From the IMG/VR virus record IMGVR_UViG_2863357390_000001: 64,000 nucleotides of DNA; one strand, given 5' to 3'. The DNA comes from a virus. Taxonomy: Duplodnaviria; Caudoviricetes. The notes under the pieces are model-generated. The model did no database searches, was not told the DNA's origin, and saw only the letters and a list, made by a program, of their open reading frames with translations. A program made the position numbers and the translations under genes. Shown here piece after piece: positions 35,193-45,253 of this stretch; position 1 is the first letter of the stretch; every line of letters begins with the position of its first letter.

Positions 35193-35555
35193 ATGCCCCA
35201 GCGTGCGGGCAAACGCTGCCCCACCCCCGGCTGCACCAACCCCACCGGCCCCGACGGCTACTGCGCCGAACGCTGCGCACGCCGCCGCAACGCCGCCGCC
35301 CACCGCACCACACCCACCAAGGTCGCCAGGGCCAGCCGCGAGGTCCGCCGCCACCGCGCCGAAGCGGTCCGAGCCCACCTCGACCAGCACGACGACGGCA
35401 TGGGCCACTGCCCCGGCTACGGCCGCGAACCACACGACGTGTTCCCGGGCGAACTCACCGCCGACGACCCGGTCCCGATCGCGCGCGGCGGCGACCCGCT
35501 TCAGCAGATGGCCGTCCTGTGCAGGTCGTGCAACAGCCGCAAGGGAGCCCGATGA
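35193..35555 (+). CDS. HNH endonuclease (packaging-associated)
   Basis: CPGY...ADDPVP...MAVLCRSCNSRK. Confidence 0.85.
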   Translation: MPQRAGKRCPTPGCTNPTGPDGYCAERCARRRNAAAHRTTPTKVARASREVRRHRAEAVRAHLDQHDDGMGHCPGYGREPHDVFPGELTADDPVPIARGGDPLQQMAVLCRSCNSRKGAR

Positions 35556-35932
35556 CCGCCGCCATCACGCCCACCGACAGCAACCTCGTCGCCCACGCCC
35601 GACGCGAACTCCAGCGCCTCGGCGAGGACCCTGACACCATCGACGGCATCGTCGCCGTGGTCCAGGCTTTCGCCGACTGCGGCCACTCCGGTGGCTCCGC
35701 TCCGCACGCGATCGCCTACCTCGAACGCCTGCTTCGCTTCGAGCCCCTGTCCCCGATCACGGACGACCCCGACGAGTGGATCGACCGCTCGGAGATGAGT
35801 GGGATGCCGTGCTGGCAGAACCTTCGCCACTCCCGTGCCATGTCCCACGACGGGGGCAAAACCTACTGGCTGGTCGAGGACAACGTTCCCGTCGACGGCG
35901 TCACCCCGACCTACGTGAGCGAACCGGCGTAA
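35552..35932 (+). CDS. Conserved hypothetical phage protein
   Basis: HARREL...GHSGGSA...PLSPITDDPDEW. Confidence 0.75.
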   Translation: MTAAITPTDSNLVAHARRELQRLGEDPDTIDGIVAVVQAFADCGHSGGSAPHAIAYLERLLRFEPLSPITDDPDEWIDRSEMSGMPCWQNLRHSRAMSHDGGKTYWLVEDNVPVDGVTPTYVSEPA

Positions 35933-35947
35933 GGGGGCAGTATCCGG

Positions 35948-36023
35948 ATCATCAAGGGCGTGAAGGGCGAGTTCTACCCGTGAAGCCGAGGGGTTCACCG
36001 CGACCTACGAAGCCGTCCGGTAG
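35948..36023 (+). pseudogene. Remnant of a small phage PGDxII-GEFYP family gene
   Basis: IIKGVKGEFYP then frameshifts then FTATYEAV; no start codon. Confidence 0.6.
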
Positions 36024-36045
36024 AGCCCAAACGAGAGGACCCGCA

Positions 36046-36177
36046 GTGTACGAGCACGAGTCTTGGCCCGAGGTCATAGCCGACGCCCTCGCCGGACTGT
36101 TCGGGTTCGTGTTCTTCTTCGCCGTGCAGTTCTTGTTCATGTGGGGTCTTCTAGAACTGGTGGAGGCGGTGGCATGA
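36046..36177 (+). CDS. Small membrane peptide
   Basis: GAGGA RBS; TM helix; coupled to the next gene. Confidence 0.45.
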   Translation: MYEHESWPEVIADALAGLFGFVFFFAVQFLFMWGLLELVEAVA

Positions 36178-36740
36178 GGTACTGGTACGACACCGAATTC
36201 TTGGAGGACGGCCGCACGATCGACCTGATCTCCATCGGGATCGTCGCCGAGGACGGCCGCGAGTACTACGCGGTCAACGAGGACGCCACGTACGGCAAGC
36301 TCAACCGGCGCATCCGCCGCCACCAGTGGCTGATGGACAACGTCGTGCCCGGCCTGCCGAAGCCGCACGGCGACCGGATTCTCCACATGCCCGACCGGTG
36401 GCTGTTCGACTACCACGCGCCCGAGGTCAAGCCGCACCACCGCATCGCCGACGAGGTACGCGACTTCCTCCTTGCCACCGACAGCCCGGTGTTGTGGGCC
36501 GACTACGGCGCCTACGACCACGTCGTCCTGTGCCAGTTGTGGGGGCCCATGGTCGACCTTCCGAAGGGCCTGCCGATGTTCACCCGTGACATCCAGCAGG
36601 AAGCCGCCCGGCTCGGCATCGGCTGGGATGAACTGCCCCAGCAGGAGTCCGGCCACCACAACGCGCTCGCCGACGCCAGGCACTGCCGACTCAGGTGGCG
36701 GTATCTGGACGAGGTCCGTAGTGCCGAAGGGACCCGATGA
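36174..36740 (+). CDS. DEDDh 3'-5' exoribonuclease (RNase AS/DUF5051-like)
   Basis: YDTEF, SIGIV, AYDHV, HNALADA. Confidence 0.9.
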   Translation: MRYWYDTEFLEDGRTIDLISIGIVAEDGREYYAVNEDATYGKLNRRIRRHQWLMDNVVPGLPKPHGDRILHMPDRWLFDYHAPEVKPHHRIADEVRDFLLATDSPVLWADYGAYDHVVLCQLWGPMVDLPKGLPMFTRDIQQEAARLGIGWDELPQQESGHHNALADARHCRLRWRYLDEVRSAEGTR

Positions 36741-37267
36741 CCGCGCCCGACGAGACCCGGTGCATGCCCGGCTCCACAGTCCCGGAACTGCGAGACCGGA
36801 TCGCCCAGCTCACCGCCGGCGCCGACCCCACCCCGTACGACCCGGGCGTATGGCCCACCCCGGCCCAGTACGTGCACCGCTGGAACCTGATGACCGGCCC
36901 CGAACGCCTCGCCGAGGCAGACCGGACGATCAGCCTGCTCAAAGAACTCGGGCCGCCCAACTGGCTCGACATCCGAGGCAGGGTCGTCGATCCGGAATCC
37001 GCGCCGCTCGGCACGACGCTGCTGTTCCCGGAGCAGCAGGACGAGCACCACTGGCCCGAGATCGCCATCCGCTGGTCCCCGCCCGGGGCATCGGACGAGC
37101 CTTACCCGTGGCTGATCGTCGGCAGCGAAGGCCCGCAGAAGCTGAGCCACGACGTCGTCGTCGGCTGCACCGTCCTCACCGGACGGCTCACCACCCTGTG
37201 CCAAGCGGTGGAGGCAGAGACCCAAGCGCGGGCGTCACGACACGGAGATCGCGGTACGGTCGCCTGA
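36737..37267 (+). CDS. Hypothetical protein
   Basis: ATGA coupling. Confidence 0.6.
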   Translation: MTAPDETRCMPGSTVPELRDRIAQLTAGADPTPYDPGVWPTPAQYVHRWNLMTGPERLAEADRTISLLKELGPPNWLDIRGRVVDPESAPLGTTLLFPEQQDEHHWPEIAIRWSPPGASDEPYPWLIVGSEGPQKLSHDVVVGCTVLTGRLTTLCQAVEAETQARASRHGDRGTVA

Positions 37268-37301
37268 TAGACGCCCCCACACTTCCATCGGAGCCGCCCC
37301 G

Positions 37302-37649
37302 ATGAACGAGTACCCCTACGCCACGTGCACGCGCTCGATCCCGTCGTGGGTGATGTTCGGCGTCGAGCGCCCTGGGCATGTCGTCCTGTTCGCCAGCAAC
37401 GAACTCACCCAGGCCGAGCTTCGATCGCACGTCCTGGGGGAACCGCTGCTCTGGGAGTCGTCGCCGGTCGAGTGGGAGTACGTGCTCACGACGACCACGA
37501 GTTCGTTCGTGAAGATCCTCGCTCCGGACTGGCCGGCTGCGTTCAAGGGCCCCTTCGCACGCTGGTCGCCCGACGCGCAGAACCGGGACACCACCAACCC
37601 GGCTGGCCTCTTGGGACACGACATGGCACAGGCCCAGCTCCCGCAGTGA
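37302..37649 (+). CDS. Hypothetical protein
   Basis: GGAG RBS. Confidence 0.55.
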   Translation: MNEYPYATCTRSIPSWVMFGVERPGHVVLFASNELTQAELRSHVLGEPLLWESSPVEWEYVLTTTTSSFVKILAPDWPAAFKGPFARWSPDAQNRDTTNPAGLLGHDMAQAQLPQ

Positions 37650-37712
37650 CCGACGGCAGCACGGGAGCCCCGAGGTTTGGACGGCACGAAGTCACGCGAG
37701 AAGCGGGTGGGG

Positions 37713-37943
37713 ATGATGGACAGCCCCAAAGACGTCACCGTTCAGGAGTTCCTCGACGACCTGTGTGACGCCCTCGCCCACATCGACGTGGTCCAACCCG
37801 CAGACCTCCGCGAGCCCTTGAGCCTGTGGCTCCGCGCCACCGAGGAACGCGCACTCCGTGACGGTTGGACGCACCTGCTGGGCCGGTCGGTCACCGCCGA
37901 GTGGAACGCGACCCGAGCGATCCTCCGCGCCGCAAGAGAGTGA
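37713..37943 (+). CDS. Hypothetical protein
   Basis: Short ORF in the + strand run. Confidence 0.5.
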   Translation: MMDSPKDVTVQEFLDDLCDALAHIDVVQPADLREPLSLWLRATEERALRDGWTHLLGRSVTAEWNATRAILRAARE

Positions 37944-37950
37944 GGCGTCG

Positions 37951-38127
37951 ATGCGCTGCATCATGCAGAACCCCGGCGTCAACGAACACGAACCTGCAGT
38001 TGCGGTCATCGTCACCCACGTCGAAGACGGCAACCGCATCCCGATCTGCAAGCGGGACCTGGACTGGTGGCTGGACGACGCCGACGACAATCCCGGCATG
38101 GAACCGGCAGACCTCGTTTTCCTCTGA
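37951..38127 (+). CDS. Small hypothetical protein
   Basis: GAGG RBS. Confidence 0.45.
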   Translation: MRCIMQNPGVNEHEPAVAVIVTHVEDGNRIPICKRDLDWWLDDADDNPGMEPADLVFL

Positions 38128-38145
38128 TCTCGACGGAGATGCCCG

Positions 38146-38613
38146 ATGTCTGACCTCCCGCGCAACCTCGTGATCCGCGACCCCGGCGAGGAATTCACGT
38201 TCCGGATCGGCGACCACGACCTCACCGACCTCCCGATCGCCCAGCACGGGCCGATCATCGAGAACCTCACGCCCGGCCACGCCAACCCGCTTTACCGCGC
38301 GTGGGTGCCGTTCATGGTCGAGGGCACGATCGAGGACCCGCAGGGCCTGTGCCGTCTCGTCCACGACGGAGAAGCCGAACTCGTGGGCCTGCCCAGCGGC
38401 GAGCAGGAACTGACCCTGCGCCTACCCGCCGAGCCACCCGAGGGCTGGCACGCCATACCCCGAGGCGGACCCCACGCCCGACGTACCTTCACCCGAGCCG
38501 GCAGCCGCTGGGCCCACACCACCGATGGTGACAAGCCGACGTGGCCGGAACTTCTCGCATCGGCTGGCAGCGCGGGCGTCGCGGTCATAAGCCCCTTGGT
38601 CCCCGGCATCTGA
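38146..38613 (+). CDS. Hypothetical protein
   Basis: GGAG RBS. Confidence 0.6.
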   Translation: MSDLPRNLVIRDPGEEFTFRIGDHDLTDLPIAQHGPIIENLTPGHANPLYRAWVPFMVEGTIEDPQGLCRLVHDGEAELVGLPSGEQELTLRLPAEPPEGWHAIPRGGPHARRTFTRAGSRWAHTTDGDKPTWPELLASAGSAGVAVISPLVPGI

Positions 38614-38634
38614 CCCGACAGGGAGGGTGACAGC

Positions 38635-38859
38635 GTGGGCACCTTCACCGTTCCCTGCCCGGACTGCGGCCACTCGTTCCCCATGACCACGACCACCACG
38701 CGACGCGGCGTCGATACCGACGGGCACCCGGTCGTCAACCTCACCCTCGACCTCACCGACGCGAAGACCCGCTTCGCCGCACACGTCCTGCTCAACCCCG
38801 ACCAACATCCCACCTTCACCATCGACACCCAGCCCGACAGCAGGGAGACGGCCACGTGA
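38635..38859 (+). CDS. Small Zn-ribbon protein
   Basis: CPDCGH; GGGAGG RBS. Confidence 0.55.
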   Translation: MGTFTVPCPDCGHSFPMTTTTTRRGVDTDGHPVVNLTLDLTDAKTRFAAHVLLNPDQHPTFTIDTQPDSRETAT

Positions 38860-39110
38860 CCGGCCAGCCCCGACCCATCGGCGATCTGCTCGACGCACTC
38901 GGCGTCACCGCCCAGCTCGGCGACCACGACCGCATCACCGAAGCAGTCGTCATCGCCAAGGTCGTCGAACTCGACAGCTCCACAGGAGACCCACTGCTGG
39001 GCGTCTACACCGCTGCCGGTACGGACTGGATCGCACAGCGGGGACTGGTGCACGCGGCACGCGAGGTGCTGGAGGCCACGCCACCGGTCGGGTCGGACGA
39101 CCCCGACTGA
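38856..39110 (+). CDS. Hypothetical phage protein
   Basis: GTGA coupling. Confidence 0.6.
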   Translation: MTGQPRPIGDLLDALGVTAQLGDHDRITEAVVIAKVVELDSSTGDPLLGVYTAAGTDWIAQRGLVHAAREVLEATPPVGSDDPD

Positions 39111-39159
39111 CCGGACGGCACCCACACCAGCACCCTCAAAACGATCAAGACAACGACCA

Positions 39160-39260
39160 TACCCCCAGGGGTAGTCCCCCGTACCGGGGGTGTTTCCGCA
39201 GGTCGCCTCGGGCAAGGGCCGCGCAGGTGCCGGCAGAAGTTCGGAAGACCCTTTGAGGCG
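39160..39260. other. Possible cos/packaging region
   Basis: Non-coding G/C-run region immediately upstream of a P27-type terS in a phage with an HNH gene. Confidence 0.35.
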
Positions 39261-39269
39261 GTGATCGTG

Positions 39270-39761
39270 ATGGGTCGTGGAGGTCAGGGAAGGCCGAGGA
39301 TGCCGACCGCGGTGGCCGAACTGAACGGCTACCGCAAGGACCGGATCAACCACGACGAGCCAGTCCCGGCCGCGGGTGAGGTGGAGCCGCCGGCCTGGAT
39401 GGTCGCCGTGCATCAGTTGGCCGACGACGGTGAGGAGTCGGCACTGCAGGTGTGGCGCCGGCTGGCCCCGGACCTGATCGCGAAGAAGGTCCTCACGCCG
39501 TGGGACGTCGAGGCGTTCGCCGTGTACTGCACCTCGGTGGTCGGCTACCGGCGGGCTGCGATCGAGGTGGCCGTGGAGGGCATGACGACCCGGGGGTCGC
39601 AGGGGGTCGTGAAGAACCCGGCGGTGACGGCGATGAAGGACTGCGCGGACCTGATGAACCGGTACGGCGCGAAGTTCGGTCTGACCCCCTCGGACCGGGC
39701 GGCGTTGGCGATCAAGCCCGACGAGGGCAAGGGCAAGGGGGCGGAACGCCTGCTCGGCTGA
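39270..39761 (+). CDS. Terminase small subunit (P27 family)
   Basis: GRPRMPT...PPAW...KNPAV...KFGLTPSDR. Confidence 0.9.
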   Translation: MGRGGQGRPRMPTAVAELNGYRKDRINHDEPVPAAGEVEPPAWMVAVHQLADDGEESALQVWRRLAPDLIAKKVLTPWDVEAFAVYCTSVVGYRRAAIEVAVEGMTTRGSQGVVKNPAVTAMKDCADLMNRYGAKFGLTPSDRAALAIKPDEGKGKGAERLLG

Positions 39762-39771
39762 GGAGGGCGCG

Positions 39772-41451
39772 GTGGCTCTCCCGAGATGCGGGTACGTCCT
39801 GGACGACCTGGAGTGCCGGGAGCGCGGGGACCACTTCTGCGAGCCGCGGGCGTTGCACGCGAAGGCGTTTTTCGAGGAGATCCTGGTCCACACCAAGGGC
39901 ACGTGGGCGCGGAAAAGGTTCGTCCTGTCGGCGTGGCAGGACACCGAGATCATCGCCCCGATCTTCGGTCCGGTGCGGTGGTCGGAGGAGTTCGGCTGCT
40001 ACGTGCGCGTGATCCGGATCGTGTGGATCGAGCTGGCGCGCAAGCAGGGCAAGTCCGAGATCCTGGCCGGGATCGCGCTGTACATGCTGTGCGCGGACGG
40101 CGAGGAGCAGGCCGAGGTCTACGGGGCGGCGTGCGACAAGGACCAGGCGCGGAAGGTGTTCGACGTCGCGGCGCGGATGGTGCAGTTGTCACCGGTGCTG
40201 TCGAAGCGGCTGGTGGTCAAGCAGCACGAGAAGCGGATCGTGGACGAGCGGACGGGTTCGTACTACGAGGTGATCGCGGCGGACGCGGCGGGCAACCTGG
40301 GGCACAACCCGCACTGCATCGTGTTCGACGAGGTGTTGACGCAGAAGAACGGTGCGCTGTGGGACTCGCTGCGCACGGCGATGGGCACGCGGACGCAGGC
40401 GTTGATGGTCGCGGCGACCACGCCGGGGGACGATCCGTCGTCGTGGTGCGGCGGGATGCACGACGAGATGCAGCGCGTCGCGGACCAGCCGGAGCGGGCT
40501 CCGCACATCCACGTGTTCCTGCGCAACACGCCGCCGGACGCGGACCCGTGGGACGAGACCCTGTGGGGTTACGCGAATCCGGCGCTCGGCGAGTTCCTGT
40601 CGATCCAGGCGTTGCGGGACGAGGCGGTCGAGGCGCGCAACGACCCGTCGAAGGAGAACTCGTTCCGCCAGTACCGGCTCGCGCAGTGGGTGCGGCAGTC
40701 GCATCGGTGGATGCCGATGCACCTGTACGAGGACTGCGTCGGCGAGCCGTGGCTGGCCCCGGACTACCGGCGGCGGGAGTTGTCGGGGCGGGTGGCGTGG
40801 GCCGGGTTCGACCTCGCCGCGAAGTTCGACCTCGTCTCGTGGTGCCTGCTGGTGCCCGATGGCCACGAGGTGCACGCGTTGTGGCGGTTCTGGCTCCCGG
40901 AGTCGGGACTGGCCTTTTTGGACAAGCACAACGAGGGGAAGTTCTCCCGGTGGGCGCGTGAGGGCTGGTTGACGGTGACCGAAGGGGACGTCGTCGACTA
41001 CGACCGCGTCTACACCGACATCGAAACGGACGCCCGGGACTTCGACATTCGCGCGTCGGACGCGGACCAGTGGTCGATGGCGCCGGTGATCCAGGAGATC
41101 GAGAAGCGCACCGGGGTGTGGGAGATCGATGCCTACAACAACACCTACCAGCGCATGTCCCCGGGGATGACGGAGCTGATGGCGCTGGTGAAAGCGCGCC
41201 GATTCCGGCACCACGGGAACCCGGTCGCCCGGTTCTGCTTCGACGCGGTCGAGGTGCGCAAGGCCCCGTACGACCCGGAGCTGATCCGGCCGGACAAGCC
41301 CGAGCGTGACAAGTCCGGGAAGCGGATCGACGCGGTGCCGTCGGCGGCGATGGCGGTGTCGGCGTGGAAACGGGACCCGCTGCCCGAGACGAAACCGACC
41401 GAGCCTGGTCGGCGGATCGTGGTGTCGTCGCGGAGAGGGAGGTCCGCGTGA
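39772..41451 (+). CDS. Terminase large subunit
   Basis: ARKQGKS Walker A, FDEV Walker B, AGFDLA, KRIDAV. Confidence 0.95.
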   Translation: MALPRCGYVLDDLECRERGDHFCEPRALHAKAFFEEILVHTKGTWARKRFVLSAWQDTEIIAPIFGPVRWSEEFGCYVRVIRIVWIELARKQGKSEILAGIALYMLCADGEEQAEVYGAACDKDQARKVFDVAARMVQLSPVLSKRLVVKQHEKRIVDERTGSYYEVIAADAAGNLGHNPHCIVFDEVLTQKNGALWDSLRTAMGTRTQALMVAATTPGDDPSSWCGGMHDEMQRVADQPERAPHIHVFLRNTPPDADPWDETLWGYANPALGEFLSIQALRDEAVEARNDPSKENSFRQYRLAQWVRQSHRWMPMHLYEDCVGEPWLAPDYRRRELSGRVAWAGFDLAAKFDLVSWCLLVPDGHEVHALWRFWLPESGLAFLDKHNEGKFSRWAREGWLTVTEGDVVDYDRVYTDIETDARDFDIRASDADQWSMAPVIQEIEKRTGVWEIDAYNNTYQRMSPGMTELMALVKARRFRHHGNPVARFCFDAVEVRKAPYDPELIRPDKPERDKSGKRIDAVPSAAMAVSAWKRDPLPETKPTEPGRRIVVSSRRGRSA

Positions 41452-42878
41452 AGCTGTCCGACCTCACCCCCGAGGAGTGGTACGCGCGGCTGACCACGAA
41501 GACGCTGCACCAACGCAGGACCGCGTTGAAGTGGTGGCAGTACATGAACCTCGAACAGGAACTCGTGTACGTCGCCCGGATCATCGCCGAGCAGGACGAC
41601 CGGTTCCCGCCGCTGTTGCTGCCGTGGGCTGAACTGGTCGTCGAGTCGGTGATCGAACGCCTGCGGCTGGAGAGCTTCCTGTCCGGTGAGGCGCCGGTCG
41701 ACGCGCTGGTGAAGTCGTGGAACGACAACGACCTAGCCGTCAACAGCGACGAGGCGCACAAGGCGTCGAGTGTCTCCGGCCTGCACTTCCTGATGGTCGG
41801 TCCGGACGGGGCCGGTGGTTCGCCGATGGTGACCACCGAGTACTGCGACCAGGTCGCGGTCGAGTTGGACCCGCGGACCCGGCAGCCGCTGGTGGGGCTG
41901 AAGTTGTGGACCGAGGACCTCGATGGCTTCGGAGAGGGGCACGCGGCTCTCTACATCCCCGAGGTGCCGACGTTGACCCAGCGGAGGCCTGGCCGGTGCA
42001 GGGTATTCGAGCTGGACGAGAACGGCGCCCTGTTCGAGACGGAGCCGCTGGGCGACTGGTCGCGGGTGATCGCCGAGGACCCGTCGTTGCCGAGTGTTCC
42101 GTTCGTGCCGATGCTCACCAACCCGGTGCGAGGCCATGGCACCTCCGACCTGCTGCAGCTCAAGCCGACGCTGGACGGGGCGAACCAGATCGCCACGAAC
42201 ATGATGGCGGCGGTGGAGCATCACGCGGTGGGCCGGAAGTGGGTCGTCGGCGCGTCGGAGAAGGACTTCGTCGACGAGAACGGGAACCAGATCCCGTTGT
42301 GGCGGATCGCGATGGGCGACGTGTGGGCGATCCCGCATGCGAAACAGGAACAGCGCAACGAGAAGCCGCCGGAGACCAAGGTCGGCCAGTTCGCGGCGTC
42401 GGACCTGCGGAACTTCCACGAGTCCCTGAAGACCCTGGCGCAGGTCGCGGCCTCGAAGTACGGGCTGCCGCCGCTGTACATGGGCTACTCCAGCGACAAC
42501 CCGGCGTCGGCCGAGGCCATCCAGTTCTCGCTGGAGCGGCTCGTGCTACGCGCGGAGAAGCGGCAGTTGTGGTACGGCGGCGCGTGGGAACGCGCGGGAC
42601 GTATCCAGTGGGCGATCCTCGGTAAGGACCCGACGGAGATTTCCGGCATGGAGTCGAAGTGGCGCAACGCGGCCACGCCGACGATGGCGTCCAAGATGGA
42701 CGCGGCGGTGAAGGCGGTCGGTGGTCCGGTGATCGACCAGGAGCAGGCGTGGAACGACATCGGCTACTCCGAGGCGGCCAAGGCCGGGATGCGCGAGCGG
42801 ATGCGTCTGCGTGGTGTGACAGCGGCCCAGTCGCTGCGTGACCTCGATGCCACGGCGACACCCCGCGGGGGTGCCTAG
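41448..42878 (+). CDS. Portal protein (SPP1 Gp6-like)
   Basis: Position after terL; portal-like length and motifs (SSDNPASAEAI). Confidence 0.9.
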   Translation: MKLSDLTPEEWYARLTTKTLHQRRTALKWWQYMNLEQELVYVARIIAEQDDRFPPLLLPWAELVVESVIERLRLESFLSGEAPVDALVKSWNDNDLAVNSDEAHKASSVSGLHFLMVGPDGAGGSPMVTTEYCDQVAVELDPRTRQPLVGLKLWTEDLDGFGEGHAALYIPEVPTLTQRRPGRCRVFELDENGALFETEPLGDWSRVIAEDPSLPSVPFVPMLTNPVRGHGTSDLLQLKPTLDGANQIATNMMAAVEHHAVGRKWVVGASEKDFVDENGNQIPLWRIAMGDVWAIPHAKQEQRNEKPPETKVGQFAASDLRNFHESLKTLAQVAASKYGLPPLYMGYSSDNPASAEAIQFSLERLVLRAEKRQLWYGGAWERAGRIQWAILGKDPTEISGMESKWRNAATPTMASKMDAAVKAVGGPVIDQEQAWNDIGYSEAAKAGMRERMRLRGVTAAQSLRDLDATATPRGGA

Positions 42879-43804
42879 TGCTCCCGTCCTCCGTAGCTGA
42901 GGTCGCCGGCACCTACAGCCGCCTGGTGGACGAGCTTGTGGTCGAGGCGATGGCAGTGCTGGACCAGGCGCTGTCGCGTGGCCGGTCGTCACCGGAGGCG
43001 TGGCGGGACGCGGTGCAGGCGATCGGTGACCGGCTACTCGCACTGCAGGTGACGGCCGCGTCGTACGCGGACCCGTACCTCAACGACGTGCTCGACGCCC
43101 AGGACACCGACCCTGTCGCGGATGCCGTGGTGCAGCCGGCGGCGTTCGCGGACACAACAGACGGCGGCGGGTCCTGGCTGCAGGGGCTGGTGTTCGCGCC
43201 GAACTCGGTGCGGGAGCCGGGTGTGGAGTGGGCGTCGCGGTTCGCTTTCGTGGCCCGGTCGATCACGGCGACGGGGATCACCGACGTCGCGCGCGGGTCG
43301 GTGCAGGCGGGCATGCAGGCCCGTCCGGCGACCCGCTGGTACGTGCGGATGCTGACCGGCAAATCCTGTGCGCGGTGCGCGATCCTCGCGGGCCGCCAGT
43401 ACCGGTCCTCGGTGGCGTTCAAACGCCACAGGCGCTGTGACTGCCGGGTGGTGCCCGCGGCCGAGTCCGTGCGGGACTGGACGGTCGACCCCGACGAGTA
43501 CTTCCGCTCCCTGACCACGGAGGAGCAGGACGAGCGGTTCGGCAAGGCCAACGCGGAGGCGATCCGGCTGGGTGCGGACGTCGCGCAGGTCGTCAACGCC
43601 GAGTCCGGGGTGTACGTGGCCTCGGCGCACGGCCGCGAGTACCTGGCGACCACCACCGGTACGACCCGACGAGGTCTGGCCGGGCAGCGGCTCGATGGCG
43701 CCGCCCGCCTGCTACCGGACGAGATCTTCCTCCAGGCCGAGCGGCTTGGTTGGGACCGCGAGGAGATCCTCGCGCAGCTCAGGCGTAACGCCTACCTCAT
43801 CTGA
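42878..43804 (+). CDS. MuF-like minor head / maturation protein
   Basis: CARCAILAG...FKRHRRCDC. Confidence 0.8.
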   Translation: MLPSSVAEVAGTYSRLVDELVVEAMAVLDQALSRGRSSPEAWRDAVQAIGDRLLALQVTAASYADPYLNDVLDAQDTDPVADAVVQPAAFADTTDGGGSWLQGLVFAPNSVREPGVEWASRFAFVARSITATGITDVARGSVQAGMQARPATRWYVRMLTGKSCARCAILAGRQYRSSVAFKRHRRCDCRVVPAAESVRDWTVDPDEYFRSLTTEEQDERFGKANAEAIRLGADVAQVVNAESGVYVASAHGREYLATTTGTTRRGLAGQRLDGAARLLPDEIFLQAERLGWDREEILAQLRRNAYLI

Positions 43805-43893
43805 CCTACTCGAACAGTCCTGTGTGGACGTGCCGGACGACGGCGGCACACCCGGTTCGAGGTTTCCGTCGGTACTCCGCTCCGGAGGATGCA

Positions 43894-44517
43894 GTGACCC
43901 AGCCCCAGGCTGTTCCGTCCGACCCTGCCCAGACCACGCCGCCGGCCCCCGGACCGACGACTGGGTCTCCCGCTCCCGCGACGACCGACTCGCCGTCTGC
44001 GAAGACGTTCACGCAGGAGCAGGTGAACGAGATGTTCGCCCGGGAGAAGCGGCGGCTGGCGGACAAGTACGCCGACTACGACACCGCGAAGACCAAGGCC
44101 GCGGAGCTGGACAGGCTCCAGGAAGCCAGCGCCACCGAGTTGGAGAAGGCGGTCAAGGCCGCGGACGCGGCGGCGCGTGCCGACGTGACCGCGAAGACCA
44201 ACGCCCGCCTGGTCGGCGCGGAGGTCAAGGCGGCGGCGGCGCACGCCGGGTTCAACGACCCCGGTGACGCGGTGATCCAGCTCGGCGCGCAGATCGCGGG
44301 CGTGAAGGTCGGCGACGACGGCCAGGTCGACGAGGACGCCGTGAAGGCACTCGTAGCCGAGTTGGCGCAGGCCAAGCCGTACCTGGTGAAGCAGGCGGAC
44401 GCCAGGCAGCAGCCACTTCCCGGGCAGGGACTGCACCAGCCATCACGCACTGCGGGCAGTGACGAGGGCAAGGCCGAAGCCGCACGCCGGTTCGGCAAGC
44501 CACCGGCCCGCCCCTGA
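43894..44517 (+). CDS. Capsid scaffolding protein
   Basis: KTFTQEQVNE...KYADYD...ELEKA. Confidence 0.85.
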   Translation: MTQPQAVPSDPAQTTPPAPGPTTGSPAPATTDSPSAKTFTQEQVNEMFAREKRRLADKYADYDTAKTKAAELDRLQEASATELEKAVKAADAAARADVTAKTNARLVGAEVKAAAAHAGFNDPGDAVIQLGAQIAGVKVGDDGQVDEDAVKALVAELAQAKPYLVKQADARQQPLPGQGLHQPSRTAGSDEGKAEAARRFGKPPARP

Positions 44518-44533
44518 CGATGAAAGGCAACCC

Positions 44534-45238
44534 ATGACCGACATCTCGGTCCGCTGGAACGACTACCAGGTCGAGAAGCGGGACTGGTTGGCGGGCGAGC
44601 ACGGAACCGGCCCGGGCGACAACCCGTCCGTCGTGCTCGACGTCTCCCTGTTCACGCAGAACATCCACTACCCCAACGGTTACATCCCGTCGGGCACCCC
44701 GCTGGCGAAGGTGACGGCGACCGGATTGTACGGGCCGTACAGCGTCACCGACGAGGTGCAGACCATCACCGAGGGCGGCTCCGGTCTCACCTCGTTCACG
44801 TTGACCCTGTCGGGTCAGACCACGGGGTCCATCGCCGCCGCGGCGACCGCGGACACGGTGAAGGCCGCGATCGAGGCCCTGTCGAACGTCGGCGCGGGCA
44901 ACGTCGCGGTCACCGGCAACGCGGGCGGGCCGTACACGGTGACGTTCACCGGCGCGTTGGCGGACACCAACGTCGCGCAGATGACCGCAACCCCGACCGG
45001 TGGCACCGGCACCGTCACGATCGCCACGACCACCGGCGGCGGCACCGAGGGCACCGGCGGCCTGGAGACCTGTGCGGGTCTGCTGTTCGGCTTCGCCACG
45101 GTCGTACGCGGGACCACCACGCTGGCCAAGGTCGGCGGGGCGCTGTTCGTGCACGGGTTCGTGCGCCGCTCACGGCTGCCGTTCACGTTGGACACCAACG
45201 GGCAGAACGACCTCAAGCTGATCCACTTCACCGACTGA
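44534..45238 (+). CDS. Head decoration protein with inserted Ig-like domain
   Basis: NGYIPSGTPLAK...GLYGPY...GLLF, interrupted by an EVQTIT...YTVTF module. Confidence 0.75.
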   Translation: MTDISVRWNDYQVEKRDWLAGEHGTGPGDNPSVVLDVSLFTQNIHYPNGYIPSGTPLAKVTATGLYGPYSVTDEVQTITEGGSGLTSFTLTLSGQTTGSIAAAATADTVKAAIEALSNVGAGNVAVTGNAGGPYTVTFTGALADTNVAQMTATPTGGTGTVTIATTTGGGTEGTGGLETCAGLLFGFATVVRGTTTLAKVGGALFVHGFVRRSRLPFTLDTNGQNDLKLIHFTD

Positions 45239-45253
45239 TCGGAGGGACTGATC

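Noticed and set aside
32115-35435. 1106-aa minus-strand ORF
   Set aside because: GC-rich antisense shadow of the + strand fibre and HNH genes.
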